In this document: one piece after another, positions 12,310 through 25,412 of the stretch
Position numbering within the stretch: the stretch's first letter is position 1
Layout of the letters: each line of letters begins with the position of its first letter
From: Squalus acanthias
Taxonomy: Eukaryota
Assembly: GCA_030390025.1 (NCBI GenBank)
Contig: CM059433.1
Span: 4,774,001 to 4,838,000 of the forward strand
Direction of reading: 5' to 3'
Length of the DNA stretch: 64,000 nt
The notes under the pieces: generated by a model
The model's database searches: none
What the model saw: only the letters and a program-made list of their open reading frames with translations
Told to the model about the DNA's origin: nothing
Program-made: the position numbers and the translations under genes

Positions 12310-14950
12310 TGAAAAAAAATCAAGGAGTGACGTCAAAGGACGGCGGATAGGTGATTGTTTTTTTTTATCTCTAAGCTAGTGCAGTGTTTTAAACTAAGAG
12401 CTGGGGAACAATAACTAATACTTTATTAAATTAATAACTTAACTAGATAAACTAATTAATTAATATAACTCTAAATAATCACTTGATTAAAAACTTGAAC
12501 TAATTTAAATCAGCATATAAATAAAAGAACTCTAGAGATGGCAGGGCAGGCTGTGCGTCGGGACTGTAGTATGTGGGAGTTTGTGGACAGCGAGACTGTC
12601 CCAGATTCCCACATCTGCAGGAAATGTCTCTGCCTTCAATCACTCCAGCTCAGAGTCACTGAGCTGGAGTGCAAAACATAAGGGAGGAGGTGGAATTTCT
12701 GGGCAGTTTTATCCAGAATATAGTCACACCCCAGAGGAAAAAACAGCTTCAGGAAGGGGAGGGTGTGACTGCTAGGGAGCCGGGTAGCGGGGACTCTGGA
12801 AAGGTTGAGGAGGTCGTCCCGCAGACACTGGTCCTGTCCAACAGGTACGATGTACTCGCTACCTGTGAGGGCAAGGAGAAAGACTGCAGGGAGGACAGCC
12901 ACAATGCAGACCAAGGTACTGTGGCTCAGAAGGTTGTCCAAAGGCAGGGGGGGGTGGAAAAGAGCAAAATAGAAATGTGGTAGCAATAGGGGACTCTATA
13001 ATTAGGGGGATAAATAGTGTCCTCTGCAACCAAGAACGAGAATCCCGAAGGGTGTGTTGCCTACCCGCTGTCAGGGTAAGGGATATCGCACGGCGCTGGA
13101 GAGGAACTTGGAAAGGGAGGGGGTAAATCCAGTTGCGGTTGTCCATGTCAAAACATACAACATAGGTAGGAACAGGGAGGAGGTCCTGCTGAAGGAGTAT
13201 TGGGAGTTAGTAGCTAAATTAAAAAGCAGGACCTCGAGGGTAATAATCTCTGGATTATTGCCCGAGCCACGTGCAAATTGGCATAGAAGCAGACAGATCA
13301 GGAGAATTAACACGTGACTAAGGGGCTGGTGTGGAAAGAGGGGTTCCTTTTCATGGGACAGTGGCACCAGTACTGGGACAGGTAGGAACTGTATCGATGG
13401 GACGGGCTCCACCTGAACCAGGATGGGACCAGTGTCCTAGCGGAAAGGGTAAATAGGGAGGTGGCAAAGGCTTTAAACTAGTAAAATGGGGGGGGGGGGG
13501 AGCGATCTACGAGAAATGAAACCAGCCTAAATATAAACAAAACAGGAAAGGAGAGCATAGGAAAGAGTAAAGTAAGGGAGGATATTGATGGCCAGGGAAT
13601 AAATAGAGTACTAGAACAGGAGTCTAAAAAGATGGTTAAAAATAAAGTGAAAGGAACTGCTATTAAAAGTGAGTTAAACTGTCTGTACAGCAATGCACAC
13701 AATGTCCGTATTAAAACAGGGGAGCTGGAGGCAATCATGCGTTGCGAGGAACCAGACATAGTAGGGATTACTGAGACGTGGCTGCAGAAAAATCAGGACT
13801 GGGAATTAAACATTGCAGGATATAACATATTTAGAAAAGCTAGAGGGGGAAAAAGGGGAGGTGGAGTAACTGTACTTATTAGGGATAACAAAATGGCAGC
13901 AGAAAAAAGTGACACAGCTATCAGCAAGACAAAAATAGAATCCATATGGATAGAGATAAAAGATAATAAAGGATCAATCACACCAATAGGTGCAGTCTAC
14001 AGACCACCTAATAGTGGAAGGGAGGTGGAGGAAGAAAAATGCAGACAAATTAGGGAAATGAGTAAAAAACATAGAATAATCATCATGGGGGATTTCAACT
14101 ACCCAGATATTAATTAGCCAGAAGAGGTAGTTAAAGGGGATAAGAGAATGAAGTTCCTACAATGTGTACAGGACTCCTCGCTAACCCAATATGTAAAAAG
14201 CCCATCAAGGGAGGATTTGCTATTGGATCTAGTAATGGGGAATGAACCAGAGCAGATAAGAGAAGTAAAAGTAGGGGGACATCTAGGCAATAGTGACCAT
14301 AATATAATACGCTTTAAAATAATAATTGAGAAGGACATAAGTATGACGAAGACCAGGGTAATAGATTGGAGAAAAGCTGATTTTGAGGGGCTGAGAATAG
14401 AACTTCAGAAAATAAAATGGACAACAATATTGGCAAACAATGATGTAGAAACAGCAATGGGAAACATTTAAAATGGTGTTCAGAGTCCAGGAAAAATATA
14501 TTCCGTTAAAAAACAAGAACAAGCTAAACACTGATGAGACTCCATGGATGAATAAAGTCATGAGTGAAAAATTGAGGGTAAGGAAAGAGGCATACATTAT
14601 GTACATGGACAGCAGGGGAGAATACGAAGAGATTATAAAATAAGTAAAAAAAAAACAATTAGGAAGGCAAAGAGGAACATTGAAATTAAATTATCAAGGA
14701 ACATAAAACAAAAGAGTTAAATATTTTAATAAAAAAAGGAAGGTCGGGATGGGAATAGGGCCACTAGGGATGGACAGGATAATACCACAGGAACTGATAG
14801 GGAGATGGCAGAAATGTTAAATAATTACTTTGCCTCAGTGTTTACCAGGGAGATAGAACAGGTGGACATGACATTGGATCATGAGATTAGTAATGAAATA
14901 ACTGCATTTAAAATAAGAGGAGATATATTAAACAAACTAATCAAACTCCG
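12310..14950 (+). mobile_element. CR1 LINE 5' portion: ORF1 (SGNH/GDSL esterase-like) plus ORF2 AP endonuclease, disrupted
   Basis: ORF1 motifs SNRYDVL, IGDSIIRG, VVHV..NIG, VIISGLLP. ORF2 motifs CLYSNA, DIVGITETWL, YRPPN, MGDFN, GNSDHN. Confidence 0.9.
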
Positions 14951-14959
14951 AGGAAAAGG

Positions 14960-15505
14960 AACTGATGAAAACTTGAGCTTTTCCGTTCTAATCTCATTGT
15001 TAAACACCCCATTAAATGTTAAGCCTTGTTGGAATAGTGTATCTGGGGCTTTAACAGTGTATTGACTGCTAAACAACAGTTCCACCCCTGAAAAACTAAT
15101 TATATTTGTGGAATGTCAAATTTCTCCATTATGATAAAAATTACAATTTTTTTTTTTTTAAACTTTTTTTTTAAAGTTTGTTCATGATATTTCAGCTTCT
15201 ACCTTAACCCTACATGTATGCCCCAATCTTTATTTCGCTCTCTAACATTTTTTTTAAAGTGTGGATAAAAGCTGCTTTTCATTTCCTGGTTTGCTGTCTG
15301 TGAGAATTCTTCAATGTGATTGGCTGCTTAGACAGCTTGATGATGTCACTGCTGCACTATGCCAGGAATCCGCTATTCTCAGCACTACAATCAATTACAC
15401 GTCGAGAAACCTAAAGTTTTCGCCACATAGATTAGGAGATCTCTGTGGGCAGCTTTCTTCAAGGTCAGCGGCGATCGCCGTCGCATCACCACTGACCGCA
15501 AATTA
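14960..15505. repeat. Dispersed non-coding repeat, copy 1 (probable non-autonomous DNA transposon)
   Basis: Clearly similar to 57975-58510 (aaaacttgagcttttcc...ggataaaagctgcttttcatttcctggtttgctgtctgtgagaattcttcaatgtgattggctgc). It abuts the truncated end of the upstream CR1. Confidence 0.75.
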
Positions 15506-15849
15506 ATGTCAGGCCCTTGAATCCTGGTGACACTGGAAGGTTACGAGTAGATAGGTAGGAAAGCAAAGAGGAGCAAGCATTTTACTAGATGATGTGATTA
15601 AACACGGCATCTAGATCTGTAACTACTGTGCGTAACTAATGATGTTTGTTTTGCCGAGCTAAATTCACCTGTAGTCTCTTCATCTGATATTGTATGCTGA
15701 TTGAGCAAAGCATCCTACACCTTCTACTTTATAGTCGGAGGTATTTTACACCAGGCTTGCTGAAGAACAGATTAGCTCGCTGCCCACACTGAGACCTTTT
15801 CACCCAATCTCATGTATTTTAATAATAGCTTTCACCTGCTGAGAGCAAA

Positions 15850-17155
15850 GGGATCCTAACCACTGGCTGCGTCAAAAAGTTTTTCCTCATGTCGCCTTTG
15901 GCTCTTCCGCCAATCACCTTAAATCTGTGTCCTCTGGTTCTCAACCCTTCTGCCAATGGGAACAGTTTCTCTCCATCTACTCTGTCTAGACCCCTCATGA
16001 TTTTGAACACCTCTATCAAATCTCCTCTCAACCATCTCTGCTCTAAGGAGAACAACCCCAGCTTCTCCAGTCTATCCATGTAACTGAAGTCCCTCATCCC
16101 TGGAACCATTCTTGTAAATCTTTTCTGCACCCTCTCTAAAGCCTTCACATCCTTCCAAAAGTGCGGTGCCCAGAATTGGACATAATACTCCAGTTGAGGC
16201 TGAACCAGTGTTTTATAAAGGTTCATCATAACTTCCTTGCTTTTGTACTCTATGGGCTGGATTTTCATTGACTCGTGGAGGCGGGTTTGGAGGCGTGTGG
16301 GGGGTTAAAATTGCGAAAACTGGCGGGCGGGCACAAGTCCGCCTCCATCCCGCCTCCACGCAATTTTCATTAAATCGTGTCTGCTGGTCCCGACTGCGTC
16401 CCGCCTTTAAGAGATGGGATAGGCTGTTAAGGCCCTTAACAAGCACTAAATTGCCTCTATAATGCCATTTTGAGAGGCCGTTGTGATTTTAACCCTTGTT
16501 CTACGTGAAGCACGCCTGTTCTGAACCACGCTTGTGAAACCTGGCGGTATATATATATATCTCTCTCTGTGAATGGTGGTGTAAAAATATCTGGGAGCAG
16601 ACTTAGGGCTGCTGCTCATTTTACATCCAGGTCCTCTCACAGCAAAGGCCAGGCAGTCTCTGAAGACCTTCAATTCAGCAGCAATGATGACATCATCAGA
16701 GGCGACTTTCAGACTGAAAACACTAATTGGGTCATGGGTTCCCACATGCTGGAACTCAATTGCCCAATTAGGTGAAAATCGCATCAATCTCCCACATCCA
16801 ATTGCAGTCGGGTGGATAACACGAAAAGTGGATGACACGACCCCAACCCGCCCCAGTATCAAAATCCAGCCCTATGTCTCTATTTATGAAGTCCAGGATC
16901 CAGTATGCTTTTTTAAACCACTTTCTCAACCTGCCCTGCCACCTTCAATGATTTGTGCACATACACCCCCAGGTCACTCTGTTCATGCTCCCCCTTTAGA
17001 ATTGTACCCTTTAGTTTATATTCCCTCTCCTCGTTCTTCCTACCAAAATATATCACTTCGCACTTCTCTGCGTTAAATTTCATCTGCCACGTGTCCGCCC
17101 ATTTCACCAGCCTGTCTATGTCCTCTTGAAGTCTATCACTAAACTCCTCACTGCT
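15850..17155 (-). mobile_element. CR1 RT fragment, split by a MITE at 16254-16872
   Basis: EYKSKEVMMNLYKTLV...RGHRFKV. The flanks rejoin as ttttgtactc-tat-gtctctattt. Confidence 0.9.
16254..16872. mobile_element. Non-autonomous Harbinger-type MITE
   Basis: 12-bp TIRs GGGCTGGATTTT/AAAATCCAGCCC and a 3-bp TSD TAT at 16251-16253 and 16873-16875. Confidence 0.85.
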
Positions 17156-17569
17156 CAGGACAAAATGTTGTTTTTAGGGGTTTTGTTACCAGTTAATAAT
17201 GAACGTCACCAATAAGGAGGTACATGTATTGATTGTTCCTGGAGAAAAACCAGAGGCATCCAGTTTGAGGAAGAATAGCGAAGTTGTCCTTTCTCTCTCT
17301 CTTCCATCCCCCAAACCATTTTTCTTCTCCCGCTTACTACAGTACATCTAATTTTCTCTCTCTGCACGCAAGTCTGATTTTCTCCTATTATTTGTGCTTA
17401 GTTTCCCTCTGATTTTTTGAGATTACTTCTCCTCTCTCATTAAGGTACGAGTGTGTGGTTTCACATTTTAGGGGAAAAATTCGGTTGATTAGCGTCTCCC
17501 GTTAGCGCCCTCTAATGGGGCGCAAAGCAACTAGCGCCCGGGCGCGGCGATGTTTGCGCCACTCGCGAA

Positions 17570-17760
17570 ATTCCTTCCCTAAACCTGTCCACCTCTCTTT
17601 CCTCCTTTAGACGCTCCTTAAAATCTACCTCTTTGACCAAGCTTTTGGTCACCTGCCCTAATGTGGTTTGGTGTCAAATTTAGTTTGATAACGCTCCTGT
17701 GAAGAGCCTTGGGATGTTTTACGACGTTAAAAGCGCTATATAAATACAAGTAGTTGTTGG
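17570..17760 (+). mobile_element. L2 LINE 3' end
   Basis: Reverse complement of ~63525-63740, ending aaagcgctatataaatacaag...gttgttg. Confidence 0.75.
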
Positions 17761-18289
17761 TGATAAACACGCCCAGCAACTAACAGGCAAGAAGGACCCT
17801 TTAGCATCGCTACTTAAAGGGCGATTAAAGGGTTACATACAGACTTGTTGGTGGTTTGTCATTTGAGGCTTAATTCGGACTGCCGAGATGATGATTTTTC
17901 TCGTGCGGGACTGTTTTTGGCTGCTTTGTCAAAGTTGGACTGCATTATGGGTGGTCTAGTAGGGTTGTCTTTGGGGCTGGAAGAGGAGGGGAGGGCAGCA
18001 AGCAAGGCAGGAGAGAGGAGGAGCTGCTCACAGAAGAGGGAGGTGGAGAGCACTGCACAGGAGGCCATACCCACAGCAGGTCTTCAGGGAACACTTCCCC
18101 AACATGAACTTCTTGGAGGACCAATAGGTCAGGCGCCGTAACCTCGTCATTATGAGGGACCAGCCCTTACTACCAACTGGGCAGCAAGAAGTGCAGCAGG
18201 AGATGGAAGAGTAGGAAGAAGAACAGGAGCACCGTCGACCACTAGAGCCCCACGCTGCCAGAGCAGCTCAATCAAGAGCGCTTTACGTA

Positions 18290-20060
18290 AACCATCCCTC
18301 CCATCCCCATAACACCCCTCCCACCCCCAGCACCCCTCCCATCCCCAACACACCAACACCCCTCCCACCCCCAACACCCCTCCCATCCCCAACACCCCCA
18401 ACACCCCTCCCACCCCCAACACCCCTCCCACCCCCAACACCCCTCCCACCCCCAACACCCCTCCCACCCCCACCACCCCTCCCACCCCCACCACCCCTCC
18501 CATCCCAACACCCTCCCACCCCCAACACCCCTCCCACCCCCAACCCCTCCCACCACCCTCCCATCCCCAACACCCCTCCCACCCCCAACACCCCTCCCAC
18601 CCCCAACACCCCTCCCACCCCCAGCACCCCCCCCATCCCCACACCCCTCCCACCCCAACACCCTCCCACCCCCAGCACCCCTCCCACCCCAACACCCCTC
18701 CCACCCCCAGCACCCCTCCCACCCCCCCACACCCCTCCCACCCCCAACACCCTCCCATCCCCAACATCCCTCCCATCCCCAACACCCCTCCCACCCCCAA
18801 CACCCCTCCCACCCCCAACACCCCTCCCATCCCCAACACCCCTCCCATCCCAACACCCCTCCCACCCCCACACCCCTCCCACCCCCAGCACCCTCCCATC
18901 CCCAACACCCCTCCCACCCCAGCACCCCTCCCATCCCCAACACCCCTCCCACCCCCAACACCCCTCCCACCCCCAACACCCCTCCCACCCCCCAACACCC
19001 CTCCCACCCCCAACACCCCTCCCACCCCCAACACCCCTCCCACCCCCCAACACCCCTCCCACCCCCAACACACCAACACCCCTCCCAACCCCAACACCCC
19101 TCCCATCCCCAGCATCCCTCCCATCCCCAGCACCCCTCCCATCCCCAACACACCAACACCCCTCCCATCCCCAACACCCCTCTCATCCCCAACACCCCTC
19201 CCATCCCCAACACACCAACACCCCTCCCACCCCCAACACCCCTCCCATCCCCAACACACCAACACCCCTCCCATCCCCAACACCCCTCCCATCCCCAACA
19301 CACCAACACCCCTCCCATCCCCAACACCCCTCCCATCCCCAACACCCCTCCCATCCCCAACACACCAACACCCCTCCCATCCCCAACACACCAACACACC
19401 TCCCATCCCCAACACCCCTCCCATCCCCAACACCCCTCCCAACCCCAACACCCCTCCCAACCCCAACACCCCTCCCACCCCCAACACCCCTCCCACCCCC
19501 AACACCCCTCCCATCCCCAACACACCAACACCCCTCCCACCCCCAACACCCCTCCCACCCCCAACACCCCTCCCACCCCCAACACCCCTCCCATCCCCAA
19601 CACCCCTCCCATCCCCAACACCCCTCCCACCCCCAACACCCCTCCCACCCCCAACACCCCCAACACCCCTCCCATCCCCAACACCCCTCCCATCCCCAAC
19701 ACCCCTCCCATCCCCAACACCCCTCCCATCCCCAACACCCCTCCCATCCCCAACACAGCAACACCCCCAACACCCCTCCCACCCCCAACACACCAACACC
19801 CCCAACACCCCTCCCACCCCCACCATCCCCAACACACCAACACCCCCAACACCCCTTCCATCCCCAACTCCCCTCCCATCCCCAACACACCAACACCCCT
19901 CCCATCCCCAACACACCAACACCCCCAACACCCCTTCCATCCCCAACACCTCTCCCATCCCCAACACCTCTCCCATCCCCAACACACCAACACCCCTCCC
20001 ATCCCCAACACACCAACACCCCTCCCATCCCCAACACCCCTCCCATCCCCAACACACCAA
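18290..20060. repeat. C-rich minisatellite, ~18-nt unit CCCCAACACCCCTCCCAY with CCAACACA subunits
   Basis: About 1.8 kb of directly visible tandem array. Confidence 0.97.
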
Positions 20061-21087
20061 CAGTTCTGCAATCCTCATCACCACCATCCCATTGCCTTCC
20101 TGCAGTCCAGCCTTCTGGGTCTTGTCCTCACTTCACTACAAAAAGAACCACCAACACCAAATCCATACTGGAAAACAATTTCTCTAAGAACTCAATTCAA
20201 TCTGTGTCAAATATTTATCAAGAATAATTATAAATCACCCTTGTGCAACACCTTAGGGCTGTTCTTGTGTGCTATTTTACCTATCCGAGTGCTCCTACTA
20301 TGGCTACAGTATTGGAGGTGGAAGGCTTCTAGGTTGCCATTGAGGACATTTCAAATGGATGTGGTGGGTGACCTCAAGCAGCGCTCGGCCTTAAGGGCCT
20401 GGTTGCAGACTGAAACTTCTCAACATGGGCAGGGGCAGTCTGGCCTACTGGCTATTTAGCACTAACTCGCAAAGCGGGTGGCAGGGGAGCAGGCATGCTG
20501 TCATCCTGAAAGAGGACAGCAGATGCCTCTCCCATGGAGCCAAGGACACTCTCCTAGGACTGTACTCTACGGCTCTGCGTGAGACCAGAGTGCAAGAGTG
20601 ATGTGACGCTCTGGAAACCCTGTGAGCACTGGCCTCCCAGAGCCACGACAGCAACCATCTGAGCTTCCATGGCAGCAGTGTGAGTTGTCACCGCAAGCTC
20701 CGTCATGGTGGACACCACCGTCCTGTTCATTAAGCTGACCACTCCGTCCATGTTGGGCAGCATGGTGTCCATGCTCGACATGAAGCCCCAACACAAGCTG
20801 CAGCTGGACTCCTCCATGCTCCGAGCAATTGCACAAAAGTTCATTGGCAGGCTTCCCAATACACCTAGCATTTCCTGGTGTATGCCCACCGGCCTTCTAC
20901 AGTATCATGGGCCCGAGAGTTCAGCATCCGAGTCATCTTCAGGTAAGCTAATATACGATCTCACTTTCCGAGGAGCTGGTACCTGTGGCTCCAATCCCCC
21001 TGCCCTCGCGCCCATGATCCACCATGTGAATCCTACCCTCTAAAGTACACGTGGTGCCCATCTCGGAGCTGGTGTTTACTCAGGTCA

Positions 21088-21918
21088 GAAACATAGAAAA
21101 ATAGGAGCAGGAGTAGGCCATTCGGCCCTTCGAGCCTGCTCCGCCATTCAATATGATCATGACTCATCCTCTATCTCAATACCATATTCCCACTCTCTCC
21201 CCATACCTCTTGATGCCTTTTGTGTCTAGAAATCTATCTATCTCCTTCTTAAATATATTCAGTGACTTGGCCTCCACAGCCTTCTGTGCTAGAGAATTCT
21301 ACAGGTTTACCACCCTCTGAGTGAAGAAATTTCTCCTCATCTCAGTCCTAAATGTCCTACCCCGTATCCTGAGACAGTGACCCCTCGTTCTAGAGCCCCC
21401 AGCCAGGAGAAACATCCTCCCTGCATCCAGTCTGTCTAGCTCTGTCAGAATTTTATACGTTTCAATGAGATCCCCTCTCATTCTTCTAAACTCTAGTGAA
21501 TACAGGCCTAGTCGACTCAATCTCTCCTCATATGACAGTCCTGTCATCCCAGGAATCAGTCTGGTGAACCTTCGCTGCACTCCCTCTATGGCAAGTATAT
21601 CCTTTCTTAGGTAAGGAGACCAAAACTGCACACAGTACTCCAGGTGTTGTCTCACCAAGGCCCTGTATAACTGTAGTAAGACATCCTTGCTCCTGTACTC
21701 AAATCCTCTTGCAATGAAGGCCAACATACCATTTGCCTTCCTAACTGCTTGCTGCACCTGCATGTTTGCTTTCAGTGACTGGTGTACAAGGACACCCAGG
21801 TCCCTCTGTACATCAGCATTTCCCAATCTATCACCATTTAAATAATACTCTACCTTTCTGTTTTTCCTACCGAAGTGGATAACTTCACATTTATCCACAT
21901 TATACTGCATCTGCCATG
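21088..21918 (-). mobile_element. CR1/HER1 LINE 3' portion
   Basis: WQMQYNVDKCEVIHFG...RRNFFTQRVVNL plus tail. Confidence 0.95.
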
Positions 21919-23990
21919 TATTTGCCAATAACGCAGGTCAAATAACGCTGCATTTTCAGGCATGCTGGCCCCCTTTTCCTGAAGTGTAACACCGGCTTCC
22001 ACCTTTCCTGGACAGTAAAGCTGCCTCCTTGCACTTTGCTTTTTTCCGCAGTCCTGATTATTGGTGGAACAAAGGAAAACTTACTGCTGATGCGGTGCAC
22101 AGTGACATCATCAAAGGACACCAATAACGGTGCCATTTTGATTGGCTGGGGATTGTCACTGGTTTGCCGTTCGAGCCATTTTTATTGATTTGGATCTAGT
22201 TTTAAGCCCTCTTGTTGATGGCAGTGGAGCTGCTCAAGGCATGCTTCCTGCGCATTGCACAAAGTCCCATAGTGCGAGGGCGCTGGGCCAAACTGCGGAG
22301 CTGTATTTTTATTGGAATTCTGCAATGTCTAAAAGGAACAACAATAATTCCTAAAATATTTTTACCCAGTGGTGCCAGATGATGAGCTGATCAAGACAGT
22401 ATGTGATATAATATCTGCTACAGATAAATGGATAGTCCAGGGATACTCTTAGCACCTACATCGGGCTGTAAATATACATAATCGGAGGTTGTTTGGGGGG
22501 GCGGGGGTGGAGGAAGGGGGATAAAGTTGGGTGTCTAAATTGAATTTGGGGGGGGGGAAAACTGACTACCGTACAAGTAGAGTTCATTGCAGTAAATGGA
22601 GGGGGCGGTGAGGGGAGGCTGGACAAGCAGATGAGGGAGAAGGGAATAGAGGGTTACGCTGATAGATTTAGATGAGGAAAGATGGGAGGAGGCTCGAGTG
22701 GAGCATAAACGCCGGCATGGACTGGTTGGGCCGAATGGCCTGTTCCTGTGTCGTATATCCGATGTAATCCTATGTGTTTGTTCACACAAATTAGTAACAG
22801 ATTTGAGAACTAACCCACACCACCACCACCCTCCCTCCCCCTCCCCCACCGTCCCTTGTTGAAATCTCTTCTATCTGCAGTCTGAGTGAAAACACACAAG
22901 GTCTTATTTAATGTTTTGAATATTCTTTTAACTTCCCGTTGGACGCGTTTGGTAAATATGCACGATATGTGTCAGTAATCCACAATGTACATAATGTAAT
23001 GCACAGGTTGCTGAGAATTTGGAAAAGAACACTCATTGAGATCTTACTGTCTTACACACTCGTTTAACTACTCGAGGAACCTTCCCTGATAAAACAGCCA
23101 TCTGGAACAATTTTGTATTTTGTGACTTTTTTTTTTAAGTGATTTCACACCAGTAAAATTGGAATCTCAAAAATATAGAAAAAAGCCAGTTTGCTAGTAC
23201 AGTAAATGGGAATAACTGTTTACTGCAAATAAAATCACACCTGCTGGAAGCCGACTGGTACATTTGACGACAGCAAGATTAGGTGTTGGTAAATTTGAAT
23301 GCGATAAGATTCGATTAGGTGTAGCTGAACTATTTTGTTTTGTGCCGAGAGTTGTTTTATTATCTGACTTCCTCACAGCTAGATCTGGCTTTTAATGATG
23401 TTTCTTTGGGAAGGCAAAGGCAGGAGGCAAAGAACAAAGCAATATAACACTGCCTGGACATTGCTTTGATGTCTCCAGGCATCGTCCTCACCAACTGGCC
23501 TGCGGAAACAAAAGATTTGCTGAAAGCCCCATCTCGATCACAACTATTAATCTCACCACCTTTTGACATCCTGAGCCCTTGTACCATGACCTATGCATTT
23601 AACACAAAGGCCACATTTTAGGAATGGTCAGTCAAGTCAAAAATTCTATTCAGCATTAAGTCAGTAAGCCTGGGATTTTTCTTTCTTTTTGTCAGCATAT
23701 TTTTAGATACCAGCTGGGAAGTGAGAACACAGACTGGAGAAATATTTTCCTGTCCTCTTGATGGAAATTCAATTTTATTTTTAAAGTTTGAACACAACTA
23801 CCAGAGAGACAGTAAAAGTTTGTACTAATACGACATTGTAACTAGGGCTGGTCTAGTAAAGTCATTCACATTTTGAAAAATTAAACCTACTCAAATCACA
23901 CCAACTTATAAAGCGTGATGCTTCAGTGTGCTGGAGTACAGTACCAACATGAGACAGGAGACGGGTTCATACAGCCCATTCTGATCTTAC

Positions 23991-24156
23991 CTAAGTCACG
24001 GTGAAGAGATGACTGGCCTCCACTCAGCACCTCTTCAGAGGGTGACACAGAAATCAGAGGAAGAGTTGTTACTGTGCTGATACTGCACGGCTTTTAGCAG
24101 TCAGTTAAACAAAGGTAGGAGTCCGGGAGAGAAGGTCACACATTTTCCTTTGTGGC
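23991..24156 (-). other. Candidate exon with strong splice sites but stops in all three frames
   Basis: tttttttttctctcaccctggtacag acceptor and AG|gtaaga donor. Confidence 0.3.
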
Positions 24157-24639
24157 CTGTACCAGGGTGAGAGAAAAAAAAACAGCAGTGATTTCCAACC
24201 ATGAACTAAAACACAATTAATCCATACATCCACATTTAATCACAAAACAAAGCAGTACCCAAACAAGCTCTATTAGTTGGAGATTAGCAAAAACACATGA
24301 CAGGTATTATGCTATTCTGCCAAGAACAGAAATGTTAGAAAATATTTAAGTTCAAACAGAGTGCTATTAACTGACAAACCACCACATTATTAGAGGTCTA
24401 CACCAACAGGCAGAGTATAATCGTCAAGGATCCAGTAAGAAAATCCATGAGATTCCCAAAGTGTTTCCTGTTTATACAAAAAACAATTCTAAAAAGCAAA
24501 TGTTTCACTTAGAAAAGGGCAGAAAATAGGAATTAAAGGTGAATTAAGGTGTTGCATCGCATCGTGACATTATTCAAAAAGCTGAATCTTCTCAAAGGAG
24601 TAAAGAAGTCATTGGTTCTGCTATTGTCATGGCTTTGAA

Positions 24640-25150
24640 TTGGAGGCAGTTCAAAGAAGGTTCACTAGGTTAATTCCCGAGATGAAGGGGTTGACTTATG
24701 AAGAAAGGTTGAGTAGGTTGGGCCTATACTCTTTGGAGTTTAGAAGAATGAGAGGTGATCTTATTGAAACATATAAGATTCTGAGGGGGCTCGACAGGGT
24801 AGATGCAGGTAGGATGTTTCCCCTCGTGGGGGAATCTAGAACTAGGGGACACAGTTTCAGAATAAGGGGTCGACCATTTAAGACGGAGATGAGGAAGAAT
24901 TTCTTCTCTCAAAGGTTCGTGAATCTTTGGAATTCTCTACCCCAGAGAGCTGTGGAGGCGGAGTCATTGAATATATTCAAGGCGGAGATAGACAGATATT
25001 TGAGCTACAGGGGTGTCAAGGGTTATGGGGAGCGGGCGGGAAAGTGGAGTTGAGGCTAAGATCAGATCAGCCATGATCTTATTGAATGGCGGAGCAGGCT
25101 CGAAGGGCCAAATGGCCGACTCCTGCTCCTATTTCTTATGTTCTTATGTT
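24640..25150 (+). mobile_element. CR1 3' end
   Basis: [12 protein letters not shown]...GKWS* plus ttcttatg tail. Confidence 0.95.
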
Positions 25151-25412
25151 TGAGTTAACATGGTAAGTTTAGGTCTGCTGTTAAATGCTGGTTTAGTTCT
25201 TGCTTAGTAAATAAAGACGAAAGGGAAAAACGATCTCTAAGCAGTTAAGATGCTCTGTTACGCCCAAATCTGGAATGAAAATTGTACTGAGTTGAACAAG
25301 GCAGCCCGTCCGATATCAATTTCCACTACCAAAGGGATTGCAGTAGCATTTATGCATTGAAAGTATTAATTAAAAGGATAACAGCAGTTCCGCAGTTAAT
25401 GGATACGACATT

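Larger units (their letters stand above)
17470..21085. mobile_element. Internally deleted Harbinger element: transposase ends (+), Myb-gene C-terminal part (-)
   Basis: GGGG left end. 17948-18290(+) gives RRPYPQQVFREHF followed by an acidic C-terminus ending QERFT*. 20550-20890(-) gives HQEMLGVLGSLP...IARSMEESS, similar to 5130-5260(-). Confidence 0.55.

Noticed and set aside
18150..20087. ORFs of 260-645 aa rich in Gly/Trp/Val
   Set aside because: Stop-free translations of the minisatellite in several frames; not genes.
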